Source: Fimbriimonadales bacterium (lineage in GTDB: Bacteria > Armatimonadota > Fimbriimonadia > Fimbriimonadales > JABRVX01). From it: a stretch of DNA of 15,716 nt. Numbering within the stretch: the first letter of the stretch is position 1; each line of letters starts with the position of its first letter. The translations under genes and the position numbers were made by a program. The stretch lies in assembly GCA_045862955.1 (NCBI GenBank), contig BTVI01000057.1:1-15716 (forward strand), written 5' to 3'. This document shows positions 14,579 to 15,716 of the stretch, piece after piece. A model generated the notes under the pieces. That model made no database searches. It had not been told where the DNA came from and worked only from the letters and a program-made list of their open reading frames with translations.

Positions 14579-15716
14579 GTGGGCGAGATCTGGACGCTAA
14601 TCTGGAATCCACCGCATGCAGTGAAGCCGATTGTAGTTCTGATTTGGGCCATCACGGCGGCGGCGTGGACTCTGATATGCAGGCGAATACTTACTACTGC
14701 CGCTGGCCTGTCCACACTGGAGCGCGCGCGAAAGGCTGCCAACGACGCACACGGAAGCGCGAAGACGAGGTTCGACGCGATCCGTTACGCGGTGGAGCCG
14801 CCTACGGGAAAGCCTGTCCAGCATCCTCTGCGCAAGCTATTGGATCAGTCGGAGGAACTCGCACAGCGCGGGCTGCTTGAAGAGCAGTCGGTGCTGCTCA
14901 TGGAACTACAAAGCCAGGATGAGGACGCTGTGGCGGCTTTTCCCCGCTATGCGGCAAGCACGTGTGTATTGCTTGGGCTGCTGGGAACAGTGGTGGGAAT
15001 GACCGTGTCAACCGCCGAGCTTCTGCCTACGCTCGGGGGGGCCAAACAACCGGATCAGGTTCTTGAGCACCTCAAGGGAACGTTGCTTGGTCTCCGCACT
15101 GCGTTTGGCGCAACCCTGGTAGGTATCCTCGGTACCGTGCTTATCTCATTCGGCAACATGCTGAGCCACTGGAGGGCCCAGGTGCTGATCGTGCAGCGCG
15201 AGCGGTTCCTGCTCACCGTGATCCACCCTCTCCTAGTATCCGCCTACTCACCCGAGGCGGCGCTCGTCGAGGCCACCGACAATCTGCAGAGGGTCGCCAA
15301 GCAGCTTGGAGCCACGCATAGCGAGCTGACCGCGACCGCTAAGCAACTAGACGCAGCCTCGTCGCGCCTGTTCGATGCATCCGAGAAGTCAGGAGTGGCC
15401 GTCCAGCGGCTCCGAGAGACCGCCGACATGCTGGAGGCCTTGTCCAGATCGCTTGAGCCCATACTCGGTCGCGCCATGGAGACAATCCAGCGCTCCGACC
15501 GTTCGGCCGACCGCGCTGAGCAGCTCTACCACCAGCTCGTTACGAGGATGAACGAGCTGACTCAGGGCATCGTTGACTTGGTTGCACAGCACAGCTCCTC
15601 CGCCGACGGGCTTCGTAAGGCAGTCGAGGAAATGGCAACCGGGAATGCACGAGCCCAAGGTGTTCTCGGCGATCTCGCAACCGACAGCCACTCCCTCTTG
15701 CGCGGCCTAGTGTCGG
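14579..15716 (+). CDS. MotA/TolQ/ExbB proton-channel family protein with a long C-terminal helical/coiled-coil tail (ZorA-like); 3'-partial (>=379 aa)
   Basis: GGAGGAG RBS at 14565-14571, GTG 14579. MGEIWTLIWNPPHAVKPIVVLIWAITAAAWTLI...FPRYAASTCVLLGLLGTVVGM...LKGTLLGLRTAFGATLVGILGTVLI..., followed by a heptad-rich tail (LQRVAKQLGATHSELTATAKQLDAASSRL...). The frame is open to the window end and is absent from the ORF track. Confidence 0.88.
   Translation, partial: MGEIWTLIWNPPHAVKPIVVLIWAITAAAWTLICRRILTTAAGLSTLERARKAANDAHGSAKTRFDAIRYAVEPPTGKPVQHPLRKLLDQSEELAQRGLLEEQSVLLMELQSQDEDAVAAFPRYAASTCVLLGLLGTVVGMTVSTAELLPTLGGAKQPDQVLEHLKGTLLGLRTAFGATLVGILGTVLISFGNMLSHWRAQVLIVQRERFLLTVIHPLLVSAYSPEAALVEATDNLQRVAKQLGATHSELTATAKQLDAASSRLFDASEKSGVAVQRLRETADMLEALSRSLEPILGRAMETIQRSDRSADRAEQLYHQLVTRMNELTQGIVDLVAQHSSSADGLRKAVEEMATGNARAQGVLGDLATDSHSLLRGLVS

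Noticed and set aside
14425..15691. Track ORFs 14509..14880, 14425..14742, 15244..15477 and 15389..15691
   Set aside because: They overlap the RBS-supported MotA/ZorA-like frame starting at 14579.

Overview
The window has three parts. (1) 1-10057 is a tightly packed minus-strand operon. It encodes an atypical Hsp70-family ATPase (N-terminal Zn ribbon plus two Ig-like domains), a membrane-anchored coiled-coil protein with a GrpE-like C-terminal domain, a Zn-ribbon plus beta-propeller protein, a secreted single-pass protein with a degenerate vWA-like domain, a small hydrophobic membrane protein and a large (>=959 aa) FtsZl1/Tubulin_2-type GTPase that runs off the left edge and is missing from the ORF track. 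(2) About 10520-14300 is decayed mobile DNA: a tyrosine recombinase pseudogene bracketed by two 28-bp dif/lox-like sites, broken phage/satellite-type genes (an HTH protein and a DNA methyltransferase), a two-repeat type I-E-like mini-array, the 3' half of a tRNA-His (att scar) and an IS21 right end with an istB remnant. (3) From 14579 a MotA/TolQ/ExbB-family protein with a long helical tail (ZorA-like) runs off the right edge and is also missing from the ORF track. The best candidate for an undescribed system is the Hsp70-GrpE-propeller-vWA-tubulin membrane operon. All family calls come from manual translation and motif recognition, with no database searches.
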